Assembly (NCBI GenBank): GCA_020184695.1
Contig: JAANOX010000238.1
Span: 1 to 64,000 of the forward strand
Direction: 5' to 3'
Length of the DNA stretch: 64,000 nucleotides
From: Histomonas meleagridis 2922-C6/04-290x
Lineage: Eukaryota; Protista; Parabasalia
In this document: one piece after another, positions 44,047 through 57,820 of the stretch
Numbering within the stretch: position 1 is the stretch's first letter
How the letters are laid out: the number at the start of each line of letters is the position of its first letter
The notes under the pieces: generated by a model
The model's database searches: none
The model's input: the letters and a program-made list of their open reading frames with translations, nothing else
What the model was told of the DNA's origin: nothing
Program-made: the position numbers and the translations under genes

Positions 44047-46235
44047 TTGATATTAACTTACCAAATTAATATAAATCAATTATTGAAAAATCATTACTTA
44101 ATTTTATTTCATCATCAATTATTAATAAATTATGTAAAAAATTACTACCCAAATTATATTTATAATATTGTTAATGGAATTGGAAAAGATTTTAGAATTG
44201 CTCTATTTATAGTTAATTATTATGATGAATTAGAAGATAAAGATAAAATAGATTTGATTAATATTTTAATTGAATGGTGTAGACATTACATTGATAAGAA
44301 AATAATATTTAACGATACTCCTTCTAAAAATGTATTTTTAACAGTATTGGATTGTTATTTATCTGTAATATTTTTAGTTAATAAACAAATTTATTTCAAT
44401 TCAGAAGATGAAAATCAATATGATTTATTAAACTCAATGGAAACACGTATCGGGATATTAAAACAAGATTATCCTGTACAGCTGTTTGCTTTTTGTTTGG
44501 CTTGCTTCACAAAAGTAAATGTCCGAGATTGAGAAGTTTGCAAATGCTCTACAAAACAAAGTCTTGCTTAACCTATAAATTGTCTACCACCCTAAAATAA
44601 ATGTCTTGATTCACAAAAGTAAATATCCAAAATTGAGAAGTTTACGAATGCTCTTGTGAATAAATATCTTGCTTCACAAAAGTAAATGTCTCGCTTAATA
44701 AAAGTAAATACCTGCATTTTTGAATTGTTTATTTTTCATTATTTATTGCCTTAAAGAGTGCATTTCATAATGAATAAAAGGTGATTTATTTTGTAGATGT
44801 GTCACTTCTCGGATATTTACTTTTGTAAAACAAGCCAAACAAAAAGCAAACAGCTGTAGTATATTTTAAAATATCGATAATCCCAAATCGTAAAATTATT
44901 AAAAATCATAATAAAAAAATATATAAAACAAATACACATTTACAAATGTTTAAAGATATTAAAGAACGAAAAAATAAATACAAAAATAATGAAATTAAGA
45001 AAGAGATCACAATATTTAAATATAATTTGATTAATTATAAGTATGTTAGAACATATGAAAATAAAGATGAAGAAGAAGTCATAACAACTATTGATTATAA
45101 CCATGATGATTTTATGATCAAATTAAAAGAATCATTAGAAGACTCGAAATATATTGGGTTAAGAAATGTTAAAATAACAATATTTACCTCCTGATCAAAA
45201 CAAATTAATAATACCTTTAAAAGAAAGATTATTTATAGGTTTTAAGATTTATAAAATAATATGAAAAATAAGTATGATTATTCAGATTTTATTCAACATA
45301 ATAATAATAAAAATAATGGGTTTCTTAATTTAAATTTTGCTGATCCCGAAAAAAATTATCCATTTTATATCTTCGATATATTTAATAATATAACATATGA
45401 TTATAGATTGACTTTGTTTTATTTGAATTTTTACCAGAAAGCTTTAAATGGTGAAGATAAAATTTATATAATTACTTTATTTCATAAATGGTTTAATTAT
45501 TACTTAGGATATATGAAAGAACAACCTTCAATTAAATTAATTTTGAACTTTGATAAGAATAAACAAGGAGAATACCCTGAAGATGATGAAGATATTCCTG
45601 ATGAATTAAAAGAATTATATTTTGATACAGACGCATTATTTGAACATATTTTTAGAATTTTTATATTTTTATATTATAATTGTACTATTGAGACAGAACA
45701 ACCAATTGATTTTATAATATTCAAAATTAATAAAGATTATTATTATGATTCAAATAAAAATAAAATAATTATTAAACAACCTTCAGTAATGCTTAAAATA
45801 ATTATCACTAGAAATAAATATACAGAGATACAATATAATTTAAAATTTGTTCCATATAACACGAATGATAAAAATTATTTTATTCAAAATTTATTAACAA
45901 ATACTATTTATACAAATTATTTCGAAATTATTCCAGAATTTAGTCTACAATTATTAGAAGGCTATAATGAAAGATATTTTATGATTAATATTGAAAATTA
46001 TAATATTCGAAGTTTATTTTGAATGAATAAAGAGTGTTTGGAAAATGATAAAGAAATTAATAAATGGCTACCAAAAAATATCCCAGAACATTTAAAATTA
46101 ATATTTAATGGTATATCTATGTCATGGGAAAATGCCATTTTTATTATTAATTTCTTTAGAAATTTCATTCAAAATGATAAAAATATATTAATATATCTTA
46201 TTCAGATTAATGCGGAGTCGGGCTACAACATTTAA
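44047..46235 (+). other. Second cluster of Maverick cargo ORFs (44047-~44930 split by a MITE, 44946-45194, 45261-46022, 46023-46235)
   Basis: YPNYIYNIVNGI..DFRIALF, YPFYIFDIFNNI..DYRLTLF, IPEHLKLIFNGISMSWENAIF. Confidence 0.6.
44479..44856. mobile_element. Tc1/mariner-type MITE, 378 bp, ~50 bp TIRs, TA TSD
   Basis: TA|CAGCTGTTTGCTTTTTGTTTGGCTTG ... CAAGCCAAACAAAAAGCAAACAGCTG|TA; internal repeats of CTTGCTTCACAAAAGTAAAT. Confidence 0.92.
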
Positions 46236-46537
46236 TTCGACATAACATAATCAAATTATTCGGTTATCGATTAAAAGATAAAGATCTACAATATTTTTAA
46301 TGAATGCAAATATAACTAAAAAATCATCGCATAGAATAGATGTTGTTAAATATTATAGATACAGTGATTTAATGTTAAAGATTATGATGTATGAGTATGG
46401 TTGTTTTAATGGTGTATATAAATTATCATAGTAATATAGCTAATAAAATACGCAATGAATGTATATTTCCTGAAATTATATGGCAGCAAATACATTTAAT
46501 AGGTAAATATTAGAATATTAATTGTGATGGAGCTTAT

Positions 46538-47177
46538 ATGTCTTCTGTTATATCAATACCTACTGATAAACCTGATGAAAATGGTAATTTTAAAGTAGAA
46601 AATACTGAAATTAAACAACTTATAGAAATATTATATAATTTAATAATATAAGCTATAAATAAAAATAACGGTGAGTTAGTTACTACATTAAAATTTATGA
46701 TAAGTAGTTGTTGGGGAACATCTATATGAAGACCACCTAATTTTAGTAAGAAATTGAAAACTAATGTTGATAAATATATTGAAGAATACGCTCCATACGT
46801 TATTAAATATGACAATGAAAATTATGTATATACAGTAAAACCTTTCTTGAGAACACTTTACATACCCTCAATACGCAGGATCAGTATTAAATAATTTTAA
46901 TGATGAAATGAATCATATTAAAAGTTCGATCTCTAGAGTATATTATTCTGAAGTAAATTTCATATTAATATCTGAAAAAAATTATAAAAATTTATATGAG
47001 TTAGGATATAATAGAGATAAATGAAAACAATTTAAGATAGAACATATATTCAAAGAAATTAATATTTAATCAGCTGATTATTGGATTGGAAAAAATATCG
47101 ATAATAACCATATATATCATGTTAATGATAAATATAAGAATATATGTATTAATAATGAAGATATTATGAAGACATAA
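46538..47177 (+). pseudogene. Stand-alone degenerate PolB fingers/palm homolog
   Basis: KFMISSCWGTSI (cf. KLIMNSCYGKTI); EHFTYPQYAGSVL (cf. KHFNLSLLGVQIL); VYYSEVNFI (cf. IFYQDTDSM); KQFKIE (cf. GQFHSD). Confidence 0.6.
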
Positions 47178-47299
47178 ATGAAATTATAAGTTGTTATATT
47201 TTTGTTCGAGCCAATAATATCTTTACAATAAAATCCGTCATTTTTGTTCAGTTCATTTTATCATCGTATTCTTATAGTTATACATAAATACTAGCTGTA

Positions 47300-47830
47300 T
47301 AATAAATCTACAATGAATAGGATATATAGGATTTTTTCCATCTGACGCGAATTTTATCAGTTTTGATACCAATAAATTTTCTTTTACTATCACTAAATGA
47401 TGCATGGAATTTTATATATTCTCTGTCCCATACATTATAATAAGTTTTAGTAGTAAAATATCGTGTTAATTTACTAATATCATCATTTGTAGTATTTTGA
47501 TTCAAAAATTTTAGAAATTCAATCACATAATTATCACTAAGATTATATATATATAATTGATATTATGAAAATAGTAACTCTTTTGTTCATAATATTTACC
47601 AAACACTGAAATAAGAGATTCATCTAAAATACAATTAAATTATAATGTACCATCATTATTATAGTGACTAGAACATTCTAACCAACGCTGAAGATATCGA
47701 GAAGTATAGCCAATATCTTTATTTACATTAGTTAAATTTTTTTCATTATCTTCTATATCAAAATCAGTATAATTTTCTTCAATTGATAATTCAAAAGCAT
47801 GTGTAGTAAGTTGTATTTCAGATCTCATTT
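47300..47830 (-). pseudogene. Maverick conserved (possibly structural) protein
   Basis: YYNVWDREYIKFHASF motif recalled from Trichomonas Maverick ORFs. Confidence 0.4.
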
Positions 47831-47866
47831 TAATTAGTATTAAATATAAATTTATTATATAACAAA

Positions 47867-48650
47867 ATGACACTCCAACAATACGAGAGATTAGAAACAA
47901 TAGTTAGATCTCTGATGAATAAAAACAGTGTTGTATATTCTAATCACAGCAAGACTTCAGATTATCTATCGAATGGTATATGTTTATTAACAATAAATAG
48001 TGTAGATAAGTCATTTATATTTACGTACACAAGAAATCATTTAATAATTAATGCTTTAGATTTGAGTATCAAAGGTCTTATATTAATAAACGATATTTTA
48101 GTATATGATATTATTACAGAATCTAATATTATGAATAATGCTTATCTAAATCAAATGTTTTGTAATATTAATAATATATTAACTTAATATGAAGAATTTA
48201 TTAAAATTAATGAGGAAAATAATAATGTTAGCATAAATAACCATTAAATATAAATTATTAATGATTATTCTATAGAAAATTTGGTATAAAAAAATCATAC
48301 TACTAATATATTTGATAATGATTTATTCGTTAACGGAAGTCTTATAGCAAATAATCATAATGGATATTATATTGGTAATAGTATTGGTGGTAATAATAAT
48401 GTTGATATAAGTTTATCTTGTATTGCTACTATTAAAAGTGATGGTGTAATGGAAGTCGGACAATATATAGATTTTCTTGATAGTAATAATTATAATAGAG
48501 ATCATATTTGAAGAATAATATTTAATAATAATACGTTGAATTTTATAAAATTAATTATGATGATATCCAGAATAAACCAACATCATTCCCACCTGAAACT
48601 CATACACATGCAGAATATGCACTACTAAATCATACACTAATTTTAGTAAT
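47867..48650 (+). pseudogene. Fibre-like protein with a phage tail-fibre motif
   Basis: SDGVMEVGQYIDFLDSNNYNRDHI*RI at 48437-48520. Confidence 0.5.
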
Positions 48651-48811
48651 TTAACATGTACTTCAATTAATGGTTTTGCTATTAATTCTTCTCCTTCTCA
48701 TAGTAATATAAAAATTGGTGTTCAAGTACTGCTTTTTCAATGTATGACGATCAAAACCTTTCATTGTTCTATTATGAGTTTTATCGTAATAGATATTCAA
48801 TACTTTATACC

Positions 48812-49120
48812 GAAATTGTATAATTTCGAATGTTTTCTGTCCAGCTGGTAGACACATCAAATTCATTGACACTTTTGCCATCGATAAAGAGACCAAATAT
48901 ACATTTAAATTATTTTGAATAGTTTATTTACAAAAATTGAATAATTTCGAATCTTTTCTGTCCATCTGGTAAACAGCAAAGAAACAAAATTCACATTGTA
49001 TGCATATACAGCCAAACAAAGCCTTGTCAATTCAAATACGAGGGACCATTTATGTATTCAATTGAACTTTTTGAATACTTTACACAGAAATTGAATAATT
49101 TCGAATGTTTTCCGTCCATA
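48812..49120. repeat. Three dispersed copies of AAATTGAATAATTTCGAATGTTTTCTGTCC, 120-155 bp apart
   Basis: At ~48815, ~48934 and ~49089. Confidence 0.7.
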
Positions 49121-49454
49121 ACACTCATTTTTATATGTTAACCCATGTTCATATTTATTAATGTTTTTTCATATTATATCATTATTTAATATGTTGATTC
49201 ATGTTTATTCATGTTTTTTTCATTTTATCTGATATTTATCTATGATTTTTTATGTTATCTCATGTTTATTTTTGGATATTCATGATTTTTCTTGTCATAA
49301 AATGTTTATTCATTAATTTTTATATTATCTCATGTTTGATTTGTTGTTCATTGTTTATTTTCAATGTATTATCTCCATGTTATTCATAATACATGTCATA
49401 ATAACATATAGTGAAATTTTTTATATTTTTCTATGAATTGTGTGACATTTTACA

Positions 49455-49625
49455 CTTAATAATTCCATGAAAATCCATTTTGTTTATCAATATCAATAGA
49501 TTTCAAGTTATAACATTCGTCAAATGAAGTTCCATCAATAGAAATTACAGAATTAGATACTTATACTGTTGTTAATGCACTTTGTTCATTAAAAGCAAGT
49601 TCTTCTATTTCTTGAACAGTATCCC
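49455..49625 (-). pseudogene. BspA-like (TpLRR/LRR_5) fragment
   Basis: VQEIEELAFNEQSALTTV*VSNSVISIDGTSFDECYNLKSIDID. Confidence 0.65.
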
Positions 49626-51320
49626 CTATAATTACTTATGTAAAATAATGATTAATAAATAGCAATTAATATATATATGAAAACACATTTGAACACCATA
49701 AATAACATAAGAATATGAATATTTACATTCGTAAACATATTGACTATGTAATTTACAATATATTATGAGGCTTGTTTTTATTGTAAGCTTTACCGAATAT
49801 TAACCCAATTTTTTGGGCAAGAAAAATAAATTATATACAAATAAAACTATAATATGCTGATGCATTAAATGTTAATATACATATTCTACATAATAAGATA
49901 ATATTTTAGAACTTTTTTCTAACTAACCAGAAATTAGGGTATTTAGATCAATTTATATTTACCCCCTATTCATATATCAATAATATATATCTCGATTTTA
50001 TGAATATATAAATATCTTATTTTATCATAATATAATTGAATTTATATAAAACACCTTAAAGTTAATGTATCGATTTTTGTATAAGAAATTCTCTTAAATG
50101 ATTATATTTCCTAATAATTTATAACTATTTACTCAAACAAGTGAAATAACTGCTGTTATAATGTGAAATAAAAGGGTATTTTCATCAAGTAGCATTGTCA
50201 GCATAAATTGTCATATAAAATTAACATTGAGTTACGAATGAGAACTTTATTAGCTGACAACATAATTTTATAACTTTCATACTTTAGATATAATATTAGA
50301 CTTTTATTTGTTATAATATAAATAAGAAACTTCTTTCTAACTTTCATCAATATTTCTCAAAATTCATTTAAATGTTGTACCATTTCATTTCTTCTAACAA
50401 CAGTTAATTTATATGGGATAAGCTTTCGAACATATTCCATATAGTACAAAGCATACTTGAAAACTTTTAAATATATTTTATGTATTGCCTAATATTTAAA
50501 TAATATGTTTTTTGTACTTACATATGAATATTTTGGGAAGATCTATGTAAATGACTCAATTAAGTTACTGTCGTCCATTTCATTAGTATACTGGAATAAG
50601 TATGATAAATTCACTTTTTGCATTTTTTACAAATCATTTTTAAATTTCTTATGCATATATAATTTTCTCTAACTAGATTATTTAATACTACATACATGAT
50701 TTTATATTCTAAATAAATGAGGATGAGATATTTAATTATAAAATTGACATAAATTCAACCATGATTTTTTTTTTTTTTTTCAATGAAATTTTGGTCATCA
50801 CCAAAATTTCAAACAAATTTTTTTCATTATCAAATAAAAGTTCTAAAAACTTTAATTCTAGTTTATTAATACACACATCTTATATAATAAAATAATATTA
50901 TTCAAAATATTATTTATTCATTTGATGTAGAGATATGTGAGTCAATTAAAATTGACCCTCATATATTTTTTAATATATATTAAAATCCATTCATTTTATA
51001 TTATGAAATTATATTATTAATTTTTTTATGAGCTAGATGTCTAGATATCAATAATCATAATTTATTCTATTACAAATATATTTATACAAATTATTTTTAT
51101 GAAATTTAATTGGATTTAAATAGAATATATTATATTTGATTTATTGAGCTATTTATGAAATATTATATGAATTAATTGATTTTGCTGATTATAATATTTG
51201 ATTATTATCGACTTGAACTAATAAATTAATTTTCTTTTTATGTATACGCTTTTATTTATTATTCATATTAATAATAATTCAATATTGTATGCATTATGCG
51301 TTTAATATTTATTTGTTATT

Positions 51321-51650
51321 ATGGATTACAATCAGCCTCAACAATTATCTTTCCCGTTTATCGATAATACTCTCTCTTATTTTTGGCTTTTTACGAATGA
51401 AGACGCAGCTATTCAATTTGCATTACAGAATGGAGTTATTTATAATCAAATGATGTGTGAAGAATGTAATTTCGATATGCAGATCTACAGAGATTCTTCA
51501 AAAGGATTTGGATACAAATGGATATGCCCAAGATGCCACAAATCAAAAAGTATTATATATGGAAGTATTTTTTACTCAGCAAAAATACCACTTTCTAAAA
51601 TTTTTCATTTATTATATTGTTGGGCATATAAATATTCATATAAACCTTAA
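51321..51650 (+). pseudogene. Merlin/ISXO2-like transposase N-terminal Zn ribbon, truncated
   Basis: EDAAIQFALQNG...CEECNFDM...KWICPRCHKSKSIIYGSIF...IFHLLYCW. Confidence 0.75.
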
Positions 51651-52449
51651 AGACGACATAATTACACCAAATTTACAAATTCAAAAATTTATTAAAAACA
51701 TTGAATATTGATAACAAATAAGCACAAATGACTATTATTTTAGCACATATATATAAATTTCATATACATTTAACTTTTGAAGAAAAATTTTTATTTTTTT
51801 TATTTGGTGGTATCAGTATAAACGTTCTAATGAAAACGTTAAAATTTTAAATTTTTTTGGAAAAATACGAAATTAGAATTCCATAGTAAAAATATATTTA
51901 TTTCATACATAGGCAAACTATTTTATAATAAGAAGAAACATGATTAAATAATTATGAGATAAGATATTTTTATTTTATACCCTCGAAAGGATGGACCTAT
52001 TCCCCACGAATTTTTGATATAAATTGGATTAAAAGTGACCAATGTTCTTAATTTTTTACCTATCTGACACCGAGTGAACTATTCAATTACAGATGGAAGC
52101 TATCAAATTTTGAAAATCAATTCATGAAATGAATATGATATATTTTTCAAAATTATATATCTGTATCCGAAATTTTTCTAATTTTGAAGATTTTGTTAAA
52201 ACAGATTTTCGAAATATTGCTTATATCAAAAGAAATCACAATTATTCCATATTTCAAACAGCTCATAGATTCCTCTTGACCACGATAATATAGTATATAT
52301 ATTATTTCTCTCATCAAATACTTAATATTTGATAGTAGAATTTATATGTTCGAAATAATCTGGTAGAGTATATCCATATTTATTATATAGATTTTTAACT
52401 GTTTTAGTATCTAATCTCTTTAACATTATATTTATTAAAAATAAATAAA

Positions 52450-53055
52450 ATGAAATTTATATATTTATTTTTAAAAAAAAATCAAAGATAGCATATTCTA
52501 AGATTATATAAAATATCAAACGATGTAATTGATTATACTATGTTATCATATGATTATGAACATTATAATAGAATTGATGTAAATCTCCCTGATCCACCTA
52601 CTAGAAAATCTAAAATGATGATAACATCATTAACTTATAAATGTTCTATAGTAGTAATTGAAAAAGATGATATTATACAGATCAATAATTAAAAATATAC
52701 TTTGAATGAACAATATACTAATATTAATAGTGAATTATTTATAATATCACTAAATGAATTAATTCAACACCAACATAATATATATAGTATCGAACTTAGA
52801 AATAATAGTCATAGAAATTTAAATAATAATCTCAATATATCAAAAATAATATTAAGAGTAAATAATAGTCTCAGTGCTAATTATCCTATAATAGTAAATA
52901 ATGCAGATTTTGCAGTAGAAATTAATACTAATGATTTATCTCATTTAAAATTAACATTAATAGACGCTAACTTACATGAAATACATCTATTAAATCCAAT
53001 GTATATAATTATAAGTATGAATGCTATGTCAGAAGAAAATGAAGATAACCTATAA
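52450..53055 (+). pseudogene. Minor capsid (penton)-like protein, decayed
   Basis: ILRVNNSLSANYPII...NTNDLSHLKLTLIDANLHEIHLLNPMYIII; next to an ATPase. Confidence 0.55.
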
Positions 53056-53089
53056 TGTCATATATTTTATTTTTATTTAAATATATTTA

Positions 53090-53572
53090 CAGTGTTTCCA
53101 AAAACGATAAGTCAATCGATACGACGGTTATGGCGTGAACACAATGAATCAAATGCCGATGTCCATGGTCAATGCCAGAATGGAAATCATTCATCATTTA
53201 TATGATGGAAAAAACATTTCTCAAATACGCCAATTGACTGGCCATGAACGTGATCTAATTCGTAAAGTAAAAATGCAAATCGAACAAGGTGATAATATGT
53301 TTTTATTTCAGAACAAAATTGGTGCACCAACGAAACGAACTAGAGAGCTTGATAAAGAAGTAATCAGATTAGTCACAAAAGATAGAAGGGCTGGACTTTG
53401 TAGGATTGCGAAAAATGTGACTGAAAATGGGGGTGCCCCAAATGGATATTAAAATTAAATGAATAAACCTTCCTAAAAAAGATAAGTAACCGTTTTTAAA
53501 AAAAAAGTTCCTCTTAGATATAAATAAAAATTTTACATTCACCACACCGACCTATCGTCTTTGGAAACACTG
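53090..53572 (+). mobile_element. Internally deleted Tc1-like element, 483 bp, 24 bp TIRs, TA TSD
   Basis: TA|CAGTGTTTCCAAAAACGATAAGTC ... GACCTATCGTCTTTGGAAACACTG|TA; ORF 53135 is a paired-like HTH. Confidence 0.92.
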
Positions 53573-53632
53573 TATGAAAAATATAGACAAAAAATTTAAA
53601 GAAATTGATGAAAATTTTAATAAATAAGTAAA

Positions 53633-54420
53633 ATGAATAAGGATGTATCAGATGATGCTTTAATTAAACCTATACATGAGAGAAATATATTTCATTCAAA
53701 AATGGTATATGTGTATTTATAGCTTTTATGGGATCAGGTAAATCTTATACATATTTAAAGATTGCAGCATATCAATAAGTTATATTTCAAGAACCATTTT
53801 TTGAATTAATTGTTATATGTTCGACTAGTAGTAAATTCGATGAAACAGTAAATAATTTCAAAATATTAATTAAAAAAAGTAAACTTGTAGCTATAAAGAA
53901 TACTGGTTTATTAGATCATTTGAATAAATATATGAGACGTGTTTTGAAATATAACTCTATAGTTAAGTATATTAACAATAATTTTAAAGAAATAAATGAA
54001 GAGTTAACAAAAATATTGAATAAACACCATCTTAACAATAGTAATGACAATAAAAAATTATTGAAGTATGCTTCATTAAAGTTAATTAAAAATAACTGAA
54101 AGACATATCCTTATAGAATGTTATGGATTTTAGATGATTTTGCATCTCATTCTTTATTAAGATCTAAAGAAACTGATCTCTCGAGATTACTTAAAAAATT
54201 AAGGCATTTCAATACTAATGTTATCATATGTGTCTAAACTGTAAGATTTATACCTAAAAATCTAAAAAGGACGTTAAGTGATGAAATATTATTTCCAGGC
54301 ATATCAAAAAAAGATTTTTATGGATTAATGAAAGAAAGTCCTGCTAGTTATTTTAATGTTGATAAGATGTGGAATGAATATAGTCAAATCAAAGATCAAC
54401 ACACAAGATTCAATATATGA
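53633..54420 (+). pseudogene. Packaging ATPase of a third lineage, decayed
   Basis: AFMGSGKS (Walker A, 53722-53745); WILDDFASH (Walker B); LKKLRHFNTNVIICV*T. Confidence 0.85.
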
Positions 54421-54726
54421 AACCTAAAAGAATTACTATAACTTTACCAAATAATTTTTAAGTAGAAATAAAATACATTTTTTTATATATGATTATATTT
54501 TTTTTTTCTTACATGAATATGGAGTCATTTGAGAAGTATACTAAATTAGAATATAATGATAAATATAAAGTTGTTAATTTTTAATATTCTCATGACATAT
54601 TAACGAAATGAATAAAAAGACTAGAACACCTATCAAACAATGTGTTATCTTCATTAATGTTAAGTTTTACGATGATAAACTTAATAATCATATTGAATTC
54701 TTTGAATCTTAAATTTATTGATAATA

Positions 54727-55905
54727 TAGGGTGTTCCATTCCTACCGTAGTATCTCTTCATATAGAATAGATACAATGATATTTTATATATAAATAAAAA
54801 CACTAAATGGAGCTTGATCAAAAATCAATCACAATATATCTCGCGATGAAGGGAATGTCAGCAAAAGCGTTTCATACCGAAATGGAGATCATATTGGGCG
54901 AAGAATGTATTTCATATTCAACAGTATGTAAATACCTCAGACAAAGAAGTTTTGATCAAACATTGTCACCTAACATTAGTGAACCGATTACCCCTATTGA
55001 CGAAAATGTTGATTTAAAAATTTTGAAAATTTTAGATAAATTTCCATATGCTTCAATAAGACAAATAGCTAAGTTAACAGAGATTCCAAACACTACTGTA
55101 TATAGGCATCTTACTGAAAAGCTTGGCTATGAAAATAAACTTTTAAAGTGGGTTCCACATTTACTGACGAAAGATATTAAAAAACAAAGAGTCACTAAAT
55201 CAATTCAACTTTTAAAGACATTAGAGATTGCAAGACATAACAGTTATAAATATTTTATAACAGGTGACGAGTCCTAGTTTTATTATGATTATTATTATGT
55301 TCGACAATGGATACCACGAGGAACACCACGAGGTACAATAAGCAAAAGGACTATTACGCAAAAAAAAGTAATGTTGACGGTTTTTTGGAATCCCCACGGA
55401 TTTAAAGTTATTAACTTTCTTTCAAAGGGAGAAACATATAATTCACAATATTATGTAAAATATATTTTATCAAAACTTTTTAAAAAGAATGGTACAAATC
55501 CTAAATATGACACAAGAAAAATTACTGTACATGCCGATAATGCAAAACCGCATACGTCGAGATTCACAACTTTATATATGGACTCCAACAAGCTCAAAAG
55601 GGCACTTCATCCCCCCTACTCCCCAGATATAGCTCCTTCAGACTTTTTCCTATTTGGGTATGTAAAAGGAAAAATGGAAGGATTTCAATATGAGAGTAGA
55701 GAAGAAATTGAAGAAAAAGTGACTTCAATATTATTAAATATACCGAAAGAAACTTTGCAAAGCGTTTTTGACGAATGGGAAAAAAGACTTAAAAAAGTTA
55801 TCGAAACAAATGAAGAGTATATTTAATAAACATTTCATTTTTATTAATAAATTTGAAAAAACTTAAAAAATGCGTGAGATACTACAGTTGGGGTAAAACA
55901 CCCTA
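54727..55905 (+). mobile_element. mariner transposon copy 2, 1179 bp, DD34D transposase with one nonsense codon at 55275
   Basis: ~30 bp TIRs TAGGGTGTT...GTAGTATCTC, TA TSDs; WVPHLL, GDES, HADNA, YSPDIAPSDF. Confidence 0.96.
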
Positions 55906-56267
55906 TATGTTTTCTGAAATATCAGAAAAAAAGCTTATTAATATATCATCTTCCGAAGTTAACAATAATTTATTAATGCTGAGAATGAAATAATCAAATG
56001 TATTAAAAATAAACTAACAGAAAAATGTAATAAAATCAAATCCAAGATAGATGATCTAAATGAGTGTATCGATATTTTGAATGAAAATTATGTTGGAAGT
56101 CCCAATGAAAATTTAAACGAAAAAGTAAATGAATAAGTAAACACGCGAAATTTGATATGTAAGAGCATTATATAGTCAAATTGTATCAAAAATAATTATT
56201 TTTGTTCAAAGTTATTTGTTCAATAGAATATGTTAAAAATATAGTAATTTTTAGCAAATGTTTAAAT

Positions 56268-56995
56268 TACGATAGATTTGATTAAAATTATAGTATGTCC
56301 TACATGTCCTGCTCGTCCACGTTCGTCCTAGGACATTTTACTTATAAATAAAGTAGGGGGCAGCAAAGCAAAAGGGCAATCACGATAAATGTGATGAAAA
56401 CATCGTGTTCGTAATTTTTCATATTTTTGAGTGAGTCACGACTATGACATCTAACATAATGATAATATATGCGCATTTGCTATATATGCCTCATTAAATT
56501 TTCCTCTAATAATACCTATTTATAAAACACATAGACGGACAACATTATTATTATCTATGTTATAATATAATATCTATCAACAATACATATTTCAACGCTA
56601 TATTTTTAACGATAAATATTATTATTAATTATGTTATGTATAAAAAGATATAATTAGAGAAAAATTTTATAAGCAAAATAAGCATTATAGCAATCATATT
56701 ATATATATATATTATAATAAATAATGTCCGACCATGTCCTATATAATAAGTATAATTTCAGTAAGATATGATATAAAACACATACCTCTGTTAAAATATA
56801 GAAACTCACAAAAATTTGCTATTGTACCCTCTATTAAAAATATGAAAATCACTGACACGATGTTTTTATATAGATTTATAATTGTTGCCTTTTTGCCTGT
56901 TGCCCCTCAAAAAAATTAGAAGTTAAATGTTCTAGGACGACCGTGGACATCGTGGACATGCAGGACATACTATAAATTTAATCAAATTTATCGTA
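56268..56995. mobile_element. MITE-like unit with ~120 bp imperfect TIRs rich in GTCC iterations
   Basis: GTATGTCCTACATGTCCTGCTCGTCCACGTTCGTCCTAGGAC vs reverse complement at 56930-56970; no TSD found. Confidence 0.75.
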
Positions 56996-57805
56996 TTTCT
57001 ACAATATTCATTTATCATATATATTATCATTATTTATTTTAGGATATATATTTAAAAAAGTTGAACTTTTTATAGCATACTGAGCGAACGCAGTGAGTGA
57101 GCTAGGCTTGAGCCGAAGGCGATATAACACACACCTCACGAAGTGAGTGGGGAGTGAAATAAAATGGAACTCCTTTGTGTGTGTATTGTATTTTTCAATG
57201 GATTTATCGGTTACATTCAAATTACACCAAGTATATTGAATGACTCCAAAACTATTAACGTTAATAGTTACTGTAATTTTGATTGTCAGAATATTTCGTC
57301 GATTTTGTGTAATCAATACAAAAAATATGAGTATAGCGACGATTATTTCTCTTGGGTCCCTGATATTTATGTAAATTATACAAAAAGTGGGGTAAGTAAA
57401 AGTGAGACCATTTTGTTTTGAGATGTGTATCAATGGCATAATTAATTACGAAGAAAGTTGGTGGCATTAAAAAAAACATCATGATGATAGCTAATTTAAA
57501 AAACTCTAGAATTTTTATGAGTTGTTTTCGACATAATTATAATATTTTTTAATATGAGGAAAATATTAAAAATCTGTTTTGTATTTATTTATAAATACAA
57601 CAACTTAATGATTGCAATTTCGTATTTAATCTTTTTGAGAAAAACGAAAAATTTTAAATTTTTTCCTTGTTCCGAAGACAAAATATTTAATTTGCTCTAA
57701 ATATATTTCAAAAATATTAATAATCATGATATACAATAGCAAAAACATTATTTTTCACTTACAAAATTTGCCATTAAAAAAGTGGAAACAAACCAATATT
57801 GACAA

Positions 57806-57813
57806 AAAGTGAC
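57806..57813 (+). promoter_or_regulatory. AAAGTGAC motif-2-like element
   Basis: 7 nt before ATG 57821. Confidence 0.55.
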
Positions 57814-57820
57814 AATTTAG

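Noticed and set aside
46534-46815. Minus-strand 93 aa ORF
   Set aside because: Antisense shadow of the degenerate PolB palm gene
51960-52200. Reverse transcriptase fragment (GWTYSPRIF)
   Set aside because: No YxDD or other RT motif follows
57164-57421. Secreted 85 aa protein
   Set aside because: Lies in a duplicated segment where the other copy has a different 5' part and stops; no family signal
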